From an uncultured bacterium (lineage in GTDB: Bacteria; Patescibacteriota; Minisyncoccia; UBA6257; 2-01-FULL-56-20), in NCBI GenBank assembly GCA_963719425.1, contig OY970382.1:71888-135887 (forward strand): a stretch of 64,000 nt of DNA, written 5' to 3'. Below the pieces are notes generated by a model, which saw only the letters and a list, made by a program, of their open reading frames with translations, made no database searches and was not told the DNA's origin. Positions 1 through 9,199 of the stretch are shown piece by piece. A program made the position numbers and the translations under genes. Every line of letters begins with the position of its first letter. Position 1 is the stretch's first letter.

Positions 1-216
1 GCGGACACCGGGGTCGGCATCGCGAAGGAAGCACAGGAAAAGTTGTTTCAAAAATTCTACCGCGTGCAGACGGAGAAAACACGCGACATTACGGGCACCG
101 GGCTCGACCTTTTCATCGTACGGGAGATCGTTGAGAAAATGGGAGGAAAGATCTGGGTTGAGTCCGAGGAAGGAAAGGGATCCACGTTCAGCTTTAGTCT
201 GCCGCTCGTTCCATAG
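1..216 (+). CDS. Sensor histidine kinase, C-terminal HATPase_c fragment (5' truncated by window edge)
   Basis: In-frame translation ADTGVGIAKEAQEKLFQKFYRV...GTGLDLFIVREIVEKMGGKIWVESEEGKGSTFSFSLPLVP* contains the G1/G2-box motifs typical of histidine-kinase ATPase domains. Stop at 214-216. Confidence 0.6.
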   Translation, partial: ADTGVGIAKEAQEKLFQKFYRVQTEKTRDITGTGLDLFIVREIVEKMGGKIWVESEEGKGSTFSFSLPLVP

Positions 217-408
217 TCAGGGCTATCGGCCTTAGGACGGCAGGTGGGAGAATTCAAAACCTGTTCCTTCCCCACTATTAGTCTTTGCCTTTTCGTTTCT
301 TTGTTCTATAATACGGGCAGTTTTTAATCTTTGAAAAACAGGAGTTTTTCGGCTCTTTTTCAATTTAATAACTTTAAAGAGTCGAAAAAAACTAATATAC
401 AGGCAGAA

Positions 409-3400
409 ATGAATAGATTGAACAGGCTGAAAAAGATTACGGTAATAGGATTGGAGATCATGCTGATCGGAAGCACGCTGCTCTCCGCAGGGTTTGGGTC
501 TGCGCGGTTTTCCGTCGCGCGCGCCGAGGATGGGACCTCTATAGAGGTTGCCATCACTACGGCAAGTTCGGCGAGTGATGCTGCGGCGAGCAGCACCGCG
601 ACAAGCTCAAGCGCGACTGCGGGCGCGGGAGGCACTGCAAGTGCGACCGCGAGCGCGGGGGGCGCAAGTACGGACACGACGGCGAATGCAAGCACGAGCG
701 CGAACGGGAATGCCAATGCAAGCGCGAGTGCGAGCGCAAGCGCCGAAGCAACCGCGGGAGGGAACACGAACGGCGGATCCTGTAAAGAAAAGACCGGCTC
801 GATCACCATTTGCAAAGTGATCGAGAACGCGAGCGGTACGATCGTGAACGGTGCGGCATTTCCTGGGCAGACCTTTCTGGTCCCTGGGATAGCGACGGTG
901 CCCTCAACGACCGCGAGTGCGGCAGGACTTCTGCCGACCTCTGTCTTTACGACGCCGATTCCTTGGAATGAAAAACTCTTCGGTTCTCACTCGGACAACG
1001 CGGAATGCCTTACGTACGATCATCTCGCCCTCGGCCATTACTACTATGGTGAAGAGCAGATTGCGACTTCTACGTATCAGTGGGCGGCTCCGCGCTACAA
1101 CGACCAGGATACGGCCGTCGCAGCGACGCCGGCGAATATCTTCTCGTATAGCGGCGAGTTGTTTGATGGCAATCCAGCGAATGACAGTGAGCGGAACGTG
1201 AACGCTGACGGGGATATCTTCCTCACGAGCGCGCGCCCGAGTCGCGAGCTCATCGTTCTCAACCAATTCTTGGGGAACGTGACGCCGACGCCTCTGAACG
1301 CGGGCCTTGCGATCGCAAAGACCGCCGACGTGACCTCTACGGTCCCTGGCGGCACCGTGAACTATACGCTTACGGTGGATGCCTTGGGTCCTTCGACGTC
1401 AACAGGAGTGGTTGCGACGGATACGCTTCCTGCGGAGCTTACGTTTGAGAATGCCACCGCATCGGTGGGTTCCTACGCCAGTTCCACGGGCACGTGGACC
1501 ATCGGCGATCTCAGTCCGAGTTCCACGGCGACGCTTGCAATCCAAGCGACCGTGAAGCCGAGCACGTCAGTGGGCACGACGATCCTCAATACGGCGAACG
1601 TAGGGGAGAGCGCCAGTACGACGAATCCGAATCCGAACACGTCCTCAACCGTGCCGGTTATGATTGTGGCTCCTGCGGCAACGACGACACCTCTCACGAT
1701 CTCTCCGGCTACCTTGCCGAACGGGACCGTGGGCACGGCATACAGCCAAATGTTAACGGTATCGGGCGGTCCGGGTCCTTTTACCTGGACGCTCGCATCC
1801 GGCGCCTTGCCGAATGGTTTGGCCCTTAGCACCACGACGACGGCCGCAACGACAACGATTTCCGGAACGCCTTCGGTTGCCGGGACCTTTAACTTCGTGG
1901 TCGACGTTGCGAACAGCGCGACCTCCACGCAGCAGGCGTACTCGGTGACGGTGACGAGCGGCGGTGGTGGTGGCGGGGGTGGCACGAGCACGAGCACCTG
2001 CACCATAGTGAGCGATGCGAACAACTTGGTATACGGCAGCGGTCCGGTTACGATCAATAGTCCTTACACGGCTTCATGGCTTGATACCACGGGCCTCGCG
2101 AATGGCGCGAACGCTGCGCTTGTTGCGACTCCGTACAACACTCGTTGGACGGCGTCAATTCCGGGCGCGAGCTGGATCTGGGCGACGCCGACAGTTGATA
2201 ACTCGCTCGTGAACGAGGCATACACGTTCACAAAAACCTTCACGGTTGCGGGAACTCCGGCTTCGGCGATGTTGGACATCAACGCTGACAACTCCTACGG
2301 CGTCGTGCTGAATGGCGCCACGGTTGCTTCAAACCCGAACGAGTTCAATTACCTCGTTCAGAACGAAGGACAGTTCGATGTTGCTTCCGCGTTGCACAAC
2401 GGTACGAACACCATTGCGGTGACGGTTGCGAATTTCGGCGCGCCAAGCAGCACGCCGCAATCCAACCCGGCTGGCCTGCTGTATAAGCTCGCCATCCAGG
2501 GTGCGACCTGCACGATTCCCACGTCTACCCCAACTTCCACGCCGTCCGCCGGCCTCACCATTACGAAGACCGCCGACGTGACTTCTACAGTTCCCGGCGG
2601 CACCGTGCACTATATGCTCACGGTGGATGCGGAGGGGCCTGCGACCTCTTCTCTCGTCGTAGCAACCGATACCTTGCCTTCCACGCTCACCCTTGTGAAC
2701 GCGACGGCATCGCTCGGCACCTACACGAATTCCTCGGGAACGCTCACATGGGCCATCGGTGATATGAGCCCGAGTTCCACGGCGACGCTTGCAATCCAAG
2801 CGACCGTGAACCCGAGCACCCCCGTGGGCACCACGATTCTCAATACGGCGATTGTAGGGGAGAGCGCGAGCACAACGAACCCGAATCCGAACACGTCCTC
2901 AACCGTGCCGGTGACCGTAACAAGTACCAGCACGTGCACCTCCGGCTGCGGCGGGGGAGGGAACGAGGCCGATATTGCCATCCAGAAAATCGTGGATAAT
3001 GCCAATCCGCAAGGAGGCGATACGGTGCGCTACACGCTTACTGTGACCGACTTCGGCCCCGCAACCTCAACGATTGTGTACGCGATCGACCGACTGCCCT
3101 ACGGCACGAGCTTTGTTTCTGCGACCTCTTCAGTGGGGCCGGGGACATACAATATGACGTCGGGTAAGTGGGAGATCGGCACTGTTGCACCGAACGCGAC
3201 AGCAACCTTGGAAATTGCAGCCATGGTTGATCCGCGTGAAGCGGGTCAAAGCATCACGAACACTGCGACCGTTTTCGAATTAAGTTCGCTCGACGATCCG
3301 AATCCGGCGAACAATTCTTCTTCGGCTACGATCACCGTGCAGTCAACGAGTACCGCCGGCCTCACCATTACGAAGACCGCCGACGTGACTTCTACGGTCC

Positions 3401-4716
3401 CCGGCGGCACCGTGAACTATACGCTTACGGTGGATGCCCTGGGTCCTTCGACGTCAACGGGAGTGGTCGCGACGGATACTTTGTCGAGTGACCTCACCTT
3501 CGTGAATGCCACAGCCTCCGTGGGTTCTTACGCCAACTCCACAGGGATATGGACCATTGGCGATATGAGCCCGAGTTCCACGGCGACGCTTGCGATCCAA
3601 GCGACCGTGAAGCCGAGCACGTCAGTGGGCACGACGATCCTCAATACGGCGAACGTAGGGGAGAGCGCCAGTACGACGAATCCGAATCCGAACACGTCCT
3701 CAACCGTGCCGGTTATGATTGTGGCTCCTGCGGCAACGACGACACCTCTCACGATCTCTCCGGCTACCTTGCCGAACGGGACCGTGGGCACGGCATACAG
3801 CCAAATGTTAACGGTATCGGGCGGTCCGGGTCCTTTTACCTGGACGCTTGCCTCCGGCACATTGCCGACCGGCTTCACGCTTGCGACCACGACGACGGCC
3901 GCAACGACAACGATTTCCGGAACGCCATCAGTGGCCGGGACCTTTAACTTCGTGGTCGACGTTGCGAACAGCGCGACCTCCACGCAGCAGGCATACTCGG
4001 TGACGGTGACGAGTGGCGGCGGAGGAGGCGGCGGCGGCGGCGGAGGCGGAGTCACGGTTTCCGTGGGTGGTGGTGGCGCGGCGTATCTTATAACCATCAA
4101 TAACGGCGCGCCGTCCACACCGACCACGAGCGTGACACTTTCGCTCTACGGAACGGGAGCTCACACGATGGCGATCGCGAACGAGCCCTTCTCGAGCTCC
4201 ACCGCAACGTCAACTGCGGGCGATACCGGATGGATTCCGTACGTGACTTCCATGCCATGGACGCTCACGCCGGGCGCAGGATCAAAAACCGTTTATGCGC
4301 GGTACCGCGATGTGAACGGCAACATTCTTGCGACCGTGAACGCTTCCATTGAACTCCTGGGCGGGCAGGTGCTTGGCACTTCCACAAGCTGCGGCACCTA
4401 CCTGAATGATTACATCCGCCTCGGATGGAACAACAATCCCAGTGAGGTGACAAAGCTCCAGACATTCCTGAATAAAAATCTGGGACTGAATTTGCCGATC
4501 ACGGGTGTCTACAACCAAGAGGATTTCAACGCCGTGGAGCAATTCCAGCTCAAGTACCACGATCAGGTACTTGCGCCATGGGTGCCCCTCGGTTTGCTGA
4601 ACAACACGACGCCGACCGGTTTCGTCTATCAAACGACGAAATGGGAGATTAACGCGCTACAGTGCGCAGCGCTCAATCTTCCGCAGCCGGTCTTGCACGT
4701 CTACGGGACACCGTAA
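409..4716 (+). CDS. Giant cell-surface protein: signal/TM N-terminus, Ala/Ser/Thr-rich linker, >=4 DUF11 ('conserved repeat domain') modules, putative Ig-like (PLTISPATLPNG...) domains, poly-Gly linkers, C-terminal PG_binding_1-like domain
   Basis: 1461-aa ORF (ORF track start 331; likely start MNRLNRLKK at 409). Repeated LTITKTADVTSTVPGGTVNYTLTVDALGPS...ATLAIQATV blocks correspond to the DUF11 family. The C-terminal GWNNNPSEVTKLQTFLNKNLGLNLPITGVYNQEDFNAVEQFQ resembles a peptidoglycan-binding domain. Followed by the intrinsic terminator at 4734. Confidence 0.7.
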   Translation: MNRLNRLKKITVIGLEIMLIGSTLLSAGFGSARFSVARAEDGTSIEVAITTASSASDAAASSTATSSSATAGAGGTASATASAGGASTDTTANASTSANGNANASASASASAEATAGGNTNGGSCKEKTGSITICKVIENASGTIVNGAAFPGQTFLVPGIATVPSTTASAAGLLPTSVFTTPIPWNEKLFGSHSDNAECLTYDHLALGHYYYGEEQIATSTYQWAAPRYNDQDTAVAATPANIFSYSGELFDGNPANDSERNVNADGDIFLTSARPSRELIVLNQFLGNVTPTPLNAGLAIAKTADVTSTVPGGTVNYTLTVDALGPSTSTGVVATDTLPAELTFENATASVGSYASSTGTWTIGDLSPSSTATLAIQATVKPSTSVGTTILNTANVGESASTTNPNPNTSSTVPVMIVAPAATTTPLTISPATLPNGTVGTAYSQMLTVSGGPGPFTWTLASGALPNGLALSTTTTAATTTISGTPSVAGTFNFVVDVANSATSTQQAYSVTVTSGGGGGGGGTSTSTCTIVSDANNLVYGSGPVTINSPYTASWLDTTGLANGANAALVATPYNTRWTASIPGASWIWATPTVDNSLVNEAYTFTKTFTVAGTPASAMLDINADNSYGVVLNGATVASNPNEFNYLVQNEGQFDVASALHNGTNTIAVTVANFGAPSSTPQSNPAGLLYKLAIQGATCTIPTSTPTSTPSAGLTITKTADVTSTVPGGTVHYMLTVDAEGPATSSLVVATDTLPSTLTLVNATASLGTYTNSSGTLTWAIGDMSPSSTATLAIQATVNPSTPVGTTILNTAIVGESASTTNPNPNTSSTVPVTVTSTSTCTSGCGGGGNEADIAIQKIVDNANPQGGDTVRYTLTVTDFGPATSTIVYAIDRLPYGTSFVSATSSVGPGTYNMTSGKWEIGTVAPNATATLEIAAMVDPREAGQSITNTATVFELSSLDDPNPANNSSSATITVQSTSTAGLTITKTADVTSTVPGGTVNYTLTVDALGPSTSTGVVATDTLSSDLTFVNATASVGSYANSTGIWTIGDMSPSSTATLAIQATVKPSTSVGTTILNTANVGESASTTNPNPNTSSTVPVMIVAPAATTTPLTISPATLPNGTVGTAYSQMLTVSGGPGPFTWTLASGTLPTGFTLATTTTAATTTISGTPSVAGTFNFVVDVANSATSTQQAYSVTVTSGGGGGGGGGGGGVTVSVGGGGAAYLITINNGAPSTPTTSVTLSLYGTGAHTMAIANEPFSSSTATSTAGDTGWIPYVTSMPWTLTPGAGSKTVYARYRDVNGNILATVNASIELLGGQVLGTSTSCGTYLNDYIRLGWNNNPSEVTKLQTFLNKNLGLNLPITGVYNQEDFNAVEQFQLKYHDQVLAPWVPLGLLNNTTPTGFVYQTTKWEINALQCAALNLPQPVLHVYGTP

Positions 4717-4733
4717 TTGCGCGAATGCCCAAA

Positions 4734-4777
4734 AACAATCCAGCACCATCTTAAAAAATGGTGCTGGATTGTTTTTT
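4734..4777 (+). terminator. Rho-independent terminator after the giant surface-protein gene
   Basis: Stem aaaaacaatccagcaccat / atggtgctggattgttttt with loop cttaaaaa, followed by a T-tract gtttttt. Confidence 0.7.
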
Positions 4778-4881
4778 GGGGAGCTTTGTGATATAATATA
4801 GAGGAAGTCGCTTGCCTGTTGGCTTCTGGTCTCCTTTGAAGCCAGAGTCGGCCAGAAGCCAACAGGCAGGCAGCCACACCG

Positions 4882-5946
4882 ATGCTCAAGAAGCTGAAAA
4901 AATATTTTATACCGCACGACAGGAATGACCACCGACCGCACATCCTGCGGCCGCAGGTGGTCGCTTTTGTGTGCCTTATCGCGATTGTCGTGGAGGGCGT
5001 TTTTCTCCTCGGTTCGTCATTGGTGATCCCGCGTGTGAAGCTTTTCGGACTGATCATCGCGAATGCGCTCGTTGACGGCACGAACCAGGCGCGCGCTGCC
5101 GCCGATCTCCCTACGCTTCGCGAAAGCGGGCTTTTGGACGCGGCGGCGCAGGAAAAGGCGAACGACATGGTGACGAACAATTACTTTGCGCACACGAGCC
5201 CGTCGGGTATCACGCCATGGTATTGGTTCCAGAATGTAGGCTATCAGTTTGCCGTTGCAGGAGAGAATCTTGCAGTGGACTTTGCCGATTCGGCGGATGT
5301 GACGAATGCGTGGCTCAATTCCCCCGAGCACCGCGCGAACATCATGAACGCCGGCTATACCGAGATCGGCATGGCGACGGCGCAAGGTGAGTTCCAAGGG
5401 CGCTCCGCTGTTTACGTGGTGGAGCTTTTCGGCACACCGGCGGCTCCGGCCGTGCCTTTTGTGACGACTGCGGCAGCCGCATCACCTACGGGAGGCGCCG
5501 CGACCGCGAAGACAACTGCGCGCGTCCCGGTGACAAATCCCGTTGCGGCCGCGCCGCTCGTCGCCGCGACAAGCTCGGCAAATTCCGCTTCAGAGCAGAA
5601 TGTCGCGGTGGTGAAGGGTGCGCAAACAGAAACGGCTTCTGCGACAACGGCCGGCGTGACGACGACCGCGGGAGGAGCGCTCGCGTCGGCACAGACAGCC
5701 GCCCAGTCCCCGTCGCCGCAAACCAATTTCGTCCAAGGCGCCTTCGCCGATCCGCGGCGCACGGTTGACTATTTTTACTTCGGCGTCGCGCTCCTTTTTG
5801 TCATCGCCCTCTCCCTGAATATTTTTATCAAAATCCACATTCAGCACCCGCAGCTCATTCTTGGAGGGATGTTGGTTATCCTCCTCGCCGGGCTTTTCAT
5901 CGTCCTCAACCAGCACTTCGGCGCCTCGGGAGTCGTTATTTTATAG
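4882..5946 (+). CDS. CAP/SCP/PR-1-like (YkwD-type) extracellular domain protein with N-terminal TM, Ala/Thr-rich linker and C-terminal TM anchor
   Basis: ANALVDGTNQARAAADLPTL...NNYFAHTSPSG...AGENLA...NAWLNSPEHRANIMNAGYTEIGMA matches the CAP-domain signature. Hydrophobic segments at both termini. Confidence 0.6.
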   Translation: MLKKLKKYFIPHDRNDHRPHILRPQVVAFVCLIAIVVEGVFLLGSSLVIPRVKLFGLIIANALVDGTNQARAAADLPTLRESGLLDAAAQEKANDMVTNNYFAHTSPSGITPWYWFQNVGYQFAVAGENLAVDFADSADVTNAWLNSPEHRANIMNAGYTEIGMATAQGEFQGRSAVYVVELFGTPAAPAVPFVTTAAAASPTGGAATAKTTARVPVTNPVAAAPLVAATSSANSASEQNVAVVKGAQTETASATTAGVTTTAGGALASAQTAAQSPSPQTNFVQGAFADPRRTVDYFYFGVALLFVIALSLNIFIKIHIQHPQLILGGMLVILLAGLFIVLNQHFGASGVVIL

Positions 5947-6005
5947 TTTGTCAGGTCCGCCCCATTGCGGCCGTATTTTTTTTGGCATAAGCTCATAGCA
6001 TAGCG

Positions 6006-7727
6006 ATGCCGTCGCCCACGACCGAACTCATCAAGAGCAAGCTGGACATCGTGGATTTTCTCCGCGGCTATTTGACGCTCATGCCCGCGGGGAAAAATTT
6101 CAAGGCGCTGTGCCCGTTCCACAAAGAGAAGACGCCGTCCTTCATGGTGTCTCCCGAGCGGCAGTCGTGGTATTGCTTCGGCTGCGGGATCGGGGGTGAC
6201 ATCTTCGGCTTCGTGATGCGCTACGAGAACATGGAGTTCGGCGAGGCGCTCCGCCTGCTCGCCGAAAAAGCGGGTGTGGAACTGCGCCGCGAGAATCCCG
6301 CCGAGTACCGCTATGCCGGCCTGCTTTATGATTTGAACGAAGCGGCAAAAAATTATTTCAGGAAGGCGCTCGCGGCGGCACCCATCGCAAAAAAATACCT
6401 GGCTGAGCGCGGCCTCACGCCGGAAACGATTGAAGAGTTTGAACTCGGTTGGGCGCCGAACGAGCCGGAGGCGCTTTCCATGTTCCTTTTGAACTCTGGC
6501 AGCGCGCCGCAAGATCTCATCCAGGCCGGGCTTTCCATAAAGACCGAGCGCGGCCTGATGTTGGACCGCTTCCGCGGGCGCATCATGTTCCCGATCCATA
6601 ATCACCAGGGCAAGGTGGTTGGTTTTACCGGCCGCATCCTGCCGCAGATAGAAAAAACACTCACTGCAAACAGAGGCCAAGAGGTCGCGAAATATGTGAA
6701 CAGTCCCGAGACGCCGATTTTCCAGAAGTCGCGCCTTCTTTACGGATTTTGGAAAAGCAAGGATGCCATCCGCGAGGCGAAGTCGGCCTTCCTCGTAGAA
6801 GGTCAGATGGACTTTTTGATGAGCTGGCAGTCGGGGGTGAAGCACGTGGTCGCAAGTTCGGGCACGGCGCTCACCGCTGACCACCTGCGCTCCCTCCGTC
6901 GCCTCGCCGACGAATTAATAGTAAGCTTTGACAATGACATCGCCGGTTCCGACGCTGCGGAGCGGGCGATCGATCTTGCCGAGGCGAACGACTTCTCGGT
7001 GAAGGTGGCGATCATCAAGGATTTCAAGGATGCAGCCGATGCCGCGCAGGCGGATCCCGCAAACGTGCAAAAGGCGGTCGCCGGCGCCGTGGCTGCCCCC
7101 CTCTTTTATTTTGAAAAATACTTGCCGGAGGATCCAACAGGGCTCAAGACCCGCGAGGGCCTGCGGCAGCTGCGTGCAGTGCTCGGGAAATTGAAGAACA
7201 TTGCGAGCCCCGTGGAGCGCAGCTTTTGGCTGAAGGATCTTTCTGCGCGCACGGGCATCGCGGAAAAGACATTGGAGGAGGAGGCTGCGAGGGCGAACAC
7301 CGTGGGTATTCCGGTTGCCGCGCCGAAAGAAGAAGCGGCGTCAAGGCGCGAGGTAGGGCGCGCCGAGCTCATCGGTGAAGCATTGCTCGCCGCCGCGCTC
7401 GCAAAAAATGATTTCACAATATTTGATGATTGCATGACATTTTTGAATCCTGTCCAAAGAGAAATTCTCCGCATATTAAAGAGTGGAAAGACAAAGAGCG
7501 AAGACCTCTCGCTCGACGAGGCAATCGGGCTTATCGTGCTCCGCGCCTCGGGCGACGTCCCACACGAGGAAATTGAGGCGCTAAGGGCCGAACTTGCAAA
7601 GGAATATTATAAAGAGCGCCGCAAGATTCTCGCGCAGGCGATAAAGAATGCCGAGGCGAACGGGAACGATGTGGAGCTTAAAGCGGCGCTTGAGGAACTC
7701 GTGAGCTTGCCAAACGGCGAAAAATAG
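6006..7727 (+). CDS. dnaG: DNA primase
   Basis: CHC2 zinc-finger CPFHKEKTPSFMVSPERQSWYCFGCGIGGDIFGF. TOPRIM motif FLVEGQMDFL...SFDNDIAGSDAAERA. Confidence 0.9.
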   Translation: MPSPTTELIKSKLDIVDFLRGYLTLMPAGKNFKALCPFHKEKTPSFMVSPERQSWYCFGCGIGGDIFGFVMRYENMEFGEALRLLAEKAGVELRRENPAEYRYAGLLYDLNEAAKNYFRKALAAAPIAKKYLAERGLTPETIEEFELGWAPNEPEALSMFLLNSGSAPQDLIQAGLSIKTERGLMLDRFRGRIMFPIHNHQGKVVGFTGRILPQIEKTLTANRGQEVAKYVNSPETPIFQKSRLLYGFWKSKDAIREAKSAFLVEGQMDFLMSWQSGVKHVVASSGTALTADHLRSLRRLADELIVSFDNDIAGSDAAERAIDLAEANDFSVKVAIIKDFKDAADAAQADPANVQKAVAGAVAAPLFYFEKYLPEDPTGLKTREGLRQLRAVLGKLKNIASPVERSFWLKDLSARTGIAEKTLEEEAARANTVGIPVAAPKEEAASRREVGRAELIGEALLAAALAKNDFTIFDDCMTFLNPVQREILRILKSGKTKSEDLSLDEAIGLIVLRASGDVPHEEIEALRAELAKEYYKERRKILAQAIKNAEANGNDVELKAALEELVSLPNGEK

Positions 7728-7748
7728 TCAATAATAAAACATTCTCTG

Positions 7749-8975
7749 ATGCCCACCCATCGCAAGAAGCCCAGGAAGAGGCCGCAAAAAAAAGGCGGCG
7801 CGAGGAAGCGCACCCTCAAAAGAAAGGCTGCGAAAACGAAGACTGCGAAACGCCCAAAAGGCAAGAAAAAGCCGCTTTCAAAGCTTGAGAAGGCCATCAA
7901 GGCCAACGCGGCGGAGATTGAAGAACTTATTGAGCGCGGCCGGCCGCGCGGATTCGTCACGGACAACGAGATCCTTTATTATTTCCCGAAGATAGAGGAT
8001 AGCGTGGAATTGCTTGACGAGATCTACGATCGGCTGGAAAAAGCTGGGATCAAAGTGATTGAAACAAGCGCGCTTATAGATTTCTCAAAAGACGAAGGAG
8101 AAAAGAATATTGACGAGTCGCTCGCGTTTGAAGGCGACGTGCCGGACGCCGTGCAGATGTATTTGAAGGAGATCGGGAAGACGCCGCTCCTTTCAAAAGA
8201 CGAGGAACGCGAGCTCGCGAAGCGCTCGGAGAAAGGAGACGAGGATGCACGCCAGAAACTGATGAAGGCGAATTTGCGGCTCGTGGTTTCCATCGCAAAG
8301 CGTTATGTGAACCGCACGCCGCATTTGAGCATCCTTGATCTTATCCAAGAGGGGAATATCGGCCTCTCGCGCGCGGTGGAAAAATTTGACTATCGGCGGG
8401 GATTCAAGTTCAGCACGTACGCCACGTGGTGGATCCGTCAGGCGATCACGCGGGCGCTTGCCGACCAGTCGCGCACCGTCCGCATTCCGGTGCACATGGT
8501 AGAAACCATTTCCAAATATACGCAGGTGCGTCGGCAGCTTATCCAGGAACTGGGCCGCGATCCTTTGGCGGAAGAGATCGCCGCGGAGATGGGCATAGAC
8601 GTGGACAGGGTGCGGCACATCCAGAAGATTTCGCAGGAGGTGCTTTCCATTGAAACGCCGATCGGCGACGAGGAGGATTCCACGCTTTCCGACTTCATCC
8701 CTGACGAACGAAATGCAACGCCATCCCAGCTCACCGCGCGCGCGATGCTCCGCGACCTCATCCGCGAGATTATGATTGACCTCACGGAACGTGAGCAGCA
8801 GATTTTGAAGATGCGATTCGGCCTTGATGATGGCATCAGCCACACGCTTGAGGAAGTGGGGAGGGCCTTCGGCGTCACGCGCGAACGCATCCGGCAGATT
8901 GAAGCGAAGGCGTTGGAGAAGATTCGCGAGCACGGCAAGGCGCCGGCGCTGGAGGGCTTCGAGAGCCTCACGTAG
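7749..8975 (+). CDS. rpoD: RNA polymerase sigma-70 factor RpoD with unusually basic N-terminal extension
   Basis: Regions 2-4 are clear ([52 protein letters not shown], region 4 [26 protein letters not shown]). Directly downstream of dnaG, the classic MMS operon. The first ~45 aa are Lys/Arg-rich. Confidence 0.9.
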   Translation: MPTHRKKPRKRPQKKGGARKRTLKRKAAKTKTAKRPKGKKKPLSKLEKAIKANAAEIEELIERGRPRGFVTDNEILYYFPKIEDSVELLDEIYDRLEKAGIKVIETSALIDFSKDEGEKNIDESLAFEGDVPDAVQMYLKEIGKTPLLSKDEERELAKRSEKGDEDARQKLMKANLRLVVSIAKRYVNRTPHLSILDLIQEGNIGLSRAVEKFDYRRGFKFSTYATWWIRQAITRALADQSRTVRIPVHMVETISKYTQVRRQLIQELGRDPLAEEIAAEMGIDVDRVRHIQKISQEVLSIETPIGDEEDSTLSDFIPDERNATPSQLTARAMLRDLIREIMIDLTEREQQILKMRFGLDDGISHTLEEVGRAFGVTRERIRQIEAKALEKIREHGKAPALEGFESLT

Positions 8976-9125
8976 CCTGCACCGCATAGTTTTTGAGAGT
9001 GAGAATCCATCGCTCCTGCGGTGATGGTTTCTTGCCGCTCGCCCCGATTGCCGAAAACACCCCAATGTGTTTTCGGGCCAAGCCAATCGGGGCTGCGCGA
9101 TCCTCTCAAAAACTATGCGGTGCAG
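8973..9125. repeat. ~150-bp long inverted repeat with 28-bp perfect terminal arms and nested inner hairpins (MITE-like or structured RNA/terminator)
   Basis: gtagcctgcaccgcatagtttttgagag ... ctctcaaaaactatgcggtgcaggctac. Internal sub-hairpins ccatc/gatgg, ccccgattg/caatcgggg and ccgaaaacac/gtgttttcgg. Confidence 0.5.
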
Positions 9126-9199
9126 GCTACTAGCGTTCGAGTCCAGCCGCCAGACGGACAATAATAGCCCCTGGAAAGATTTTTTGATATAGTCAAACC

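Noticed and set aside
57-275. 72-aa minus-strand ORF overlapping the histidine-kinase fragment
   Set aside because: It overlaps a motif-supported plus-strand CDS end and the downstream promoter region. There is no coding signal.
360-4127. Multiple antisense ORFs inside the giant surface-protein gene (360..815-, 1473..2057-, 2721..3005-, 3528..4127- with poly-Pro tracts)
   Set aside because: They are the reverse-complement reading of GC-rich Thr/Gly-codon repeats (poly-G gives poly-P). They are embedded in a well-supported sense ORF and repeat with the DNA repeats.
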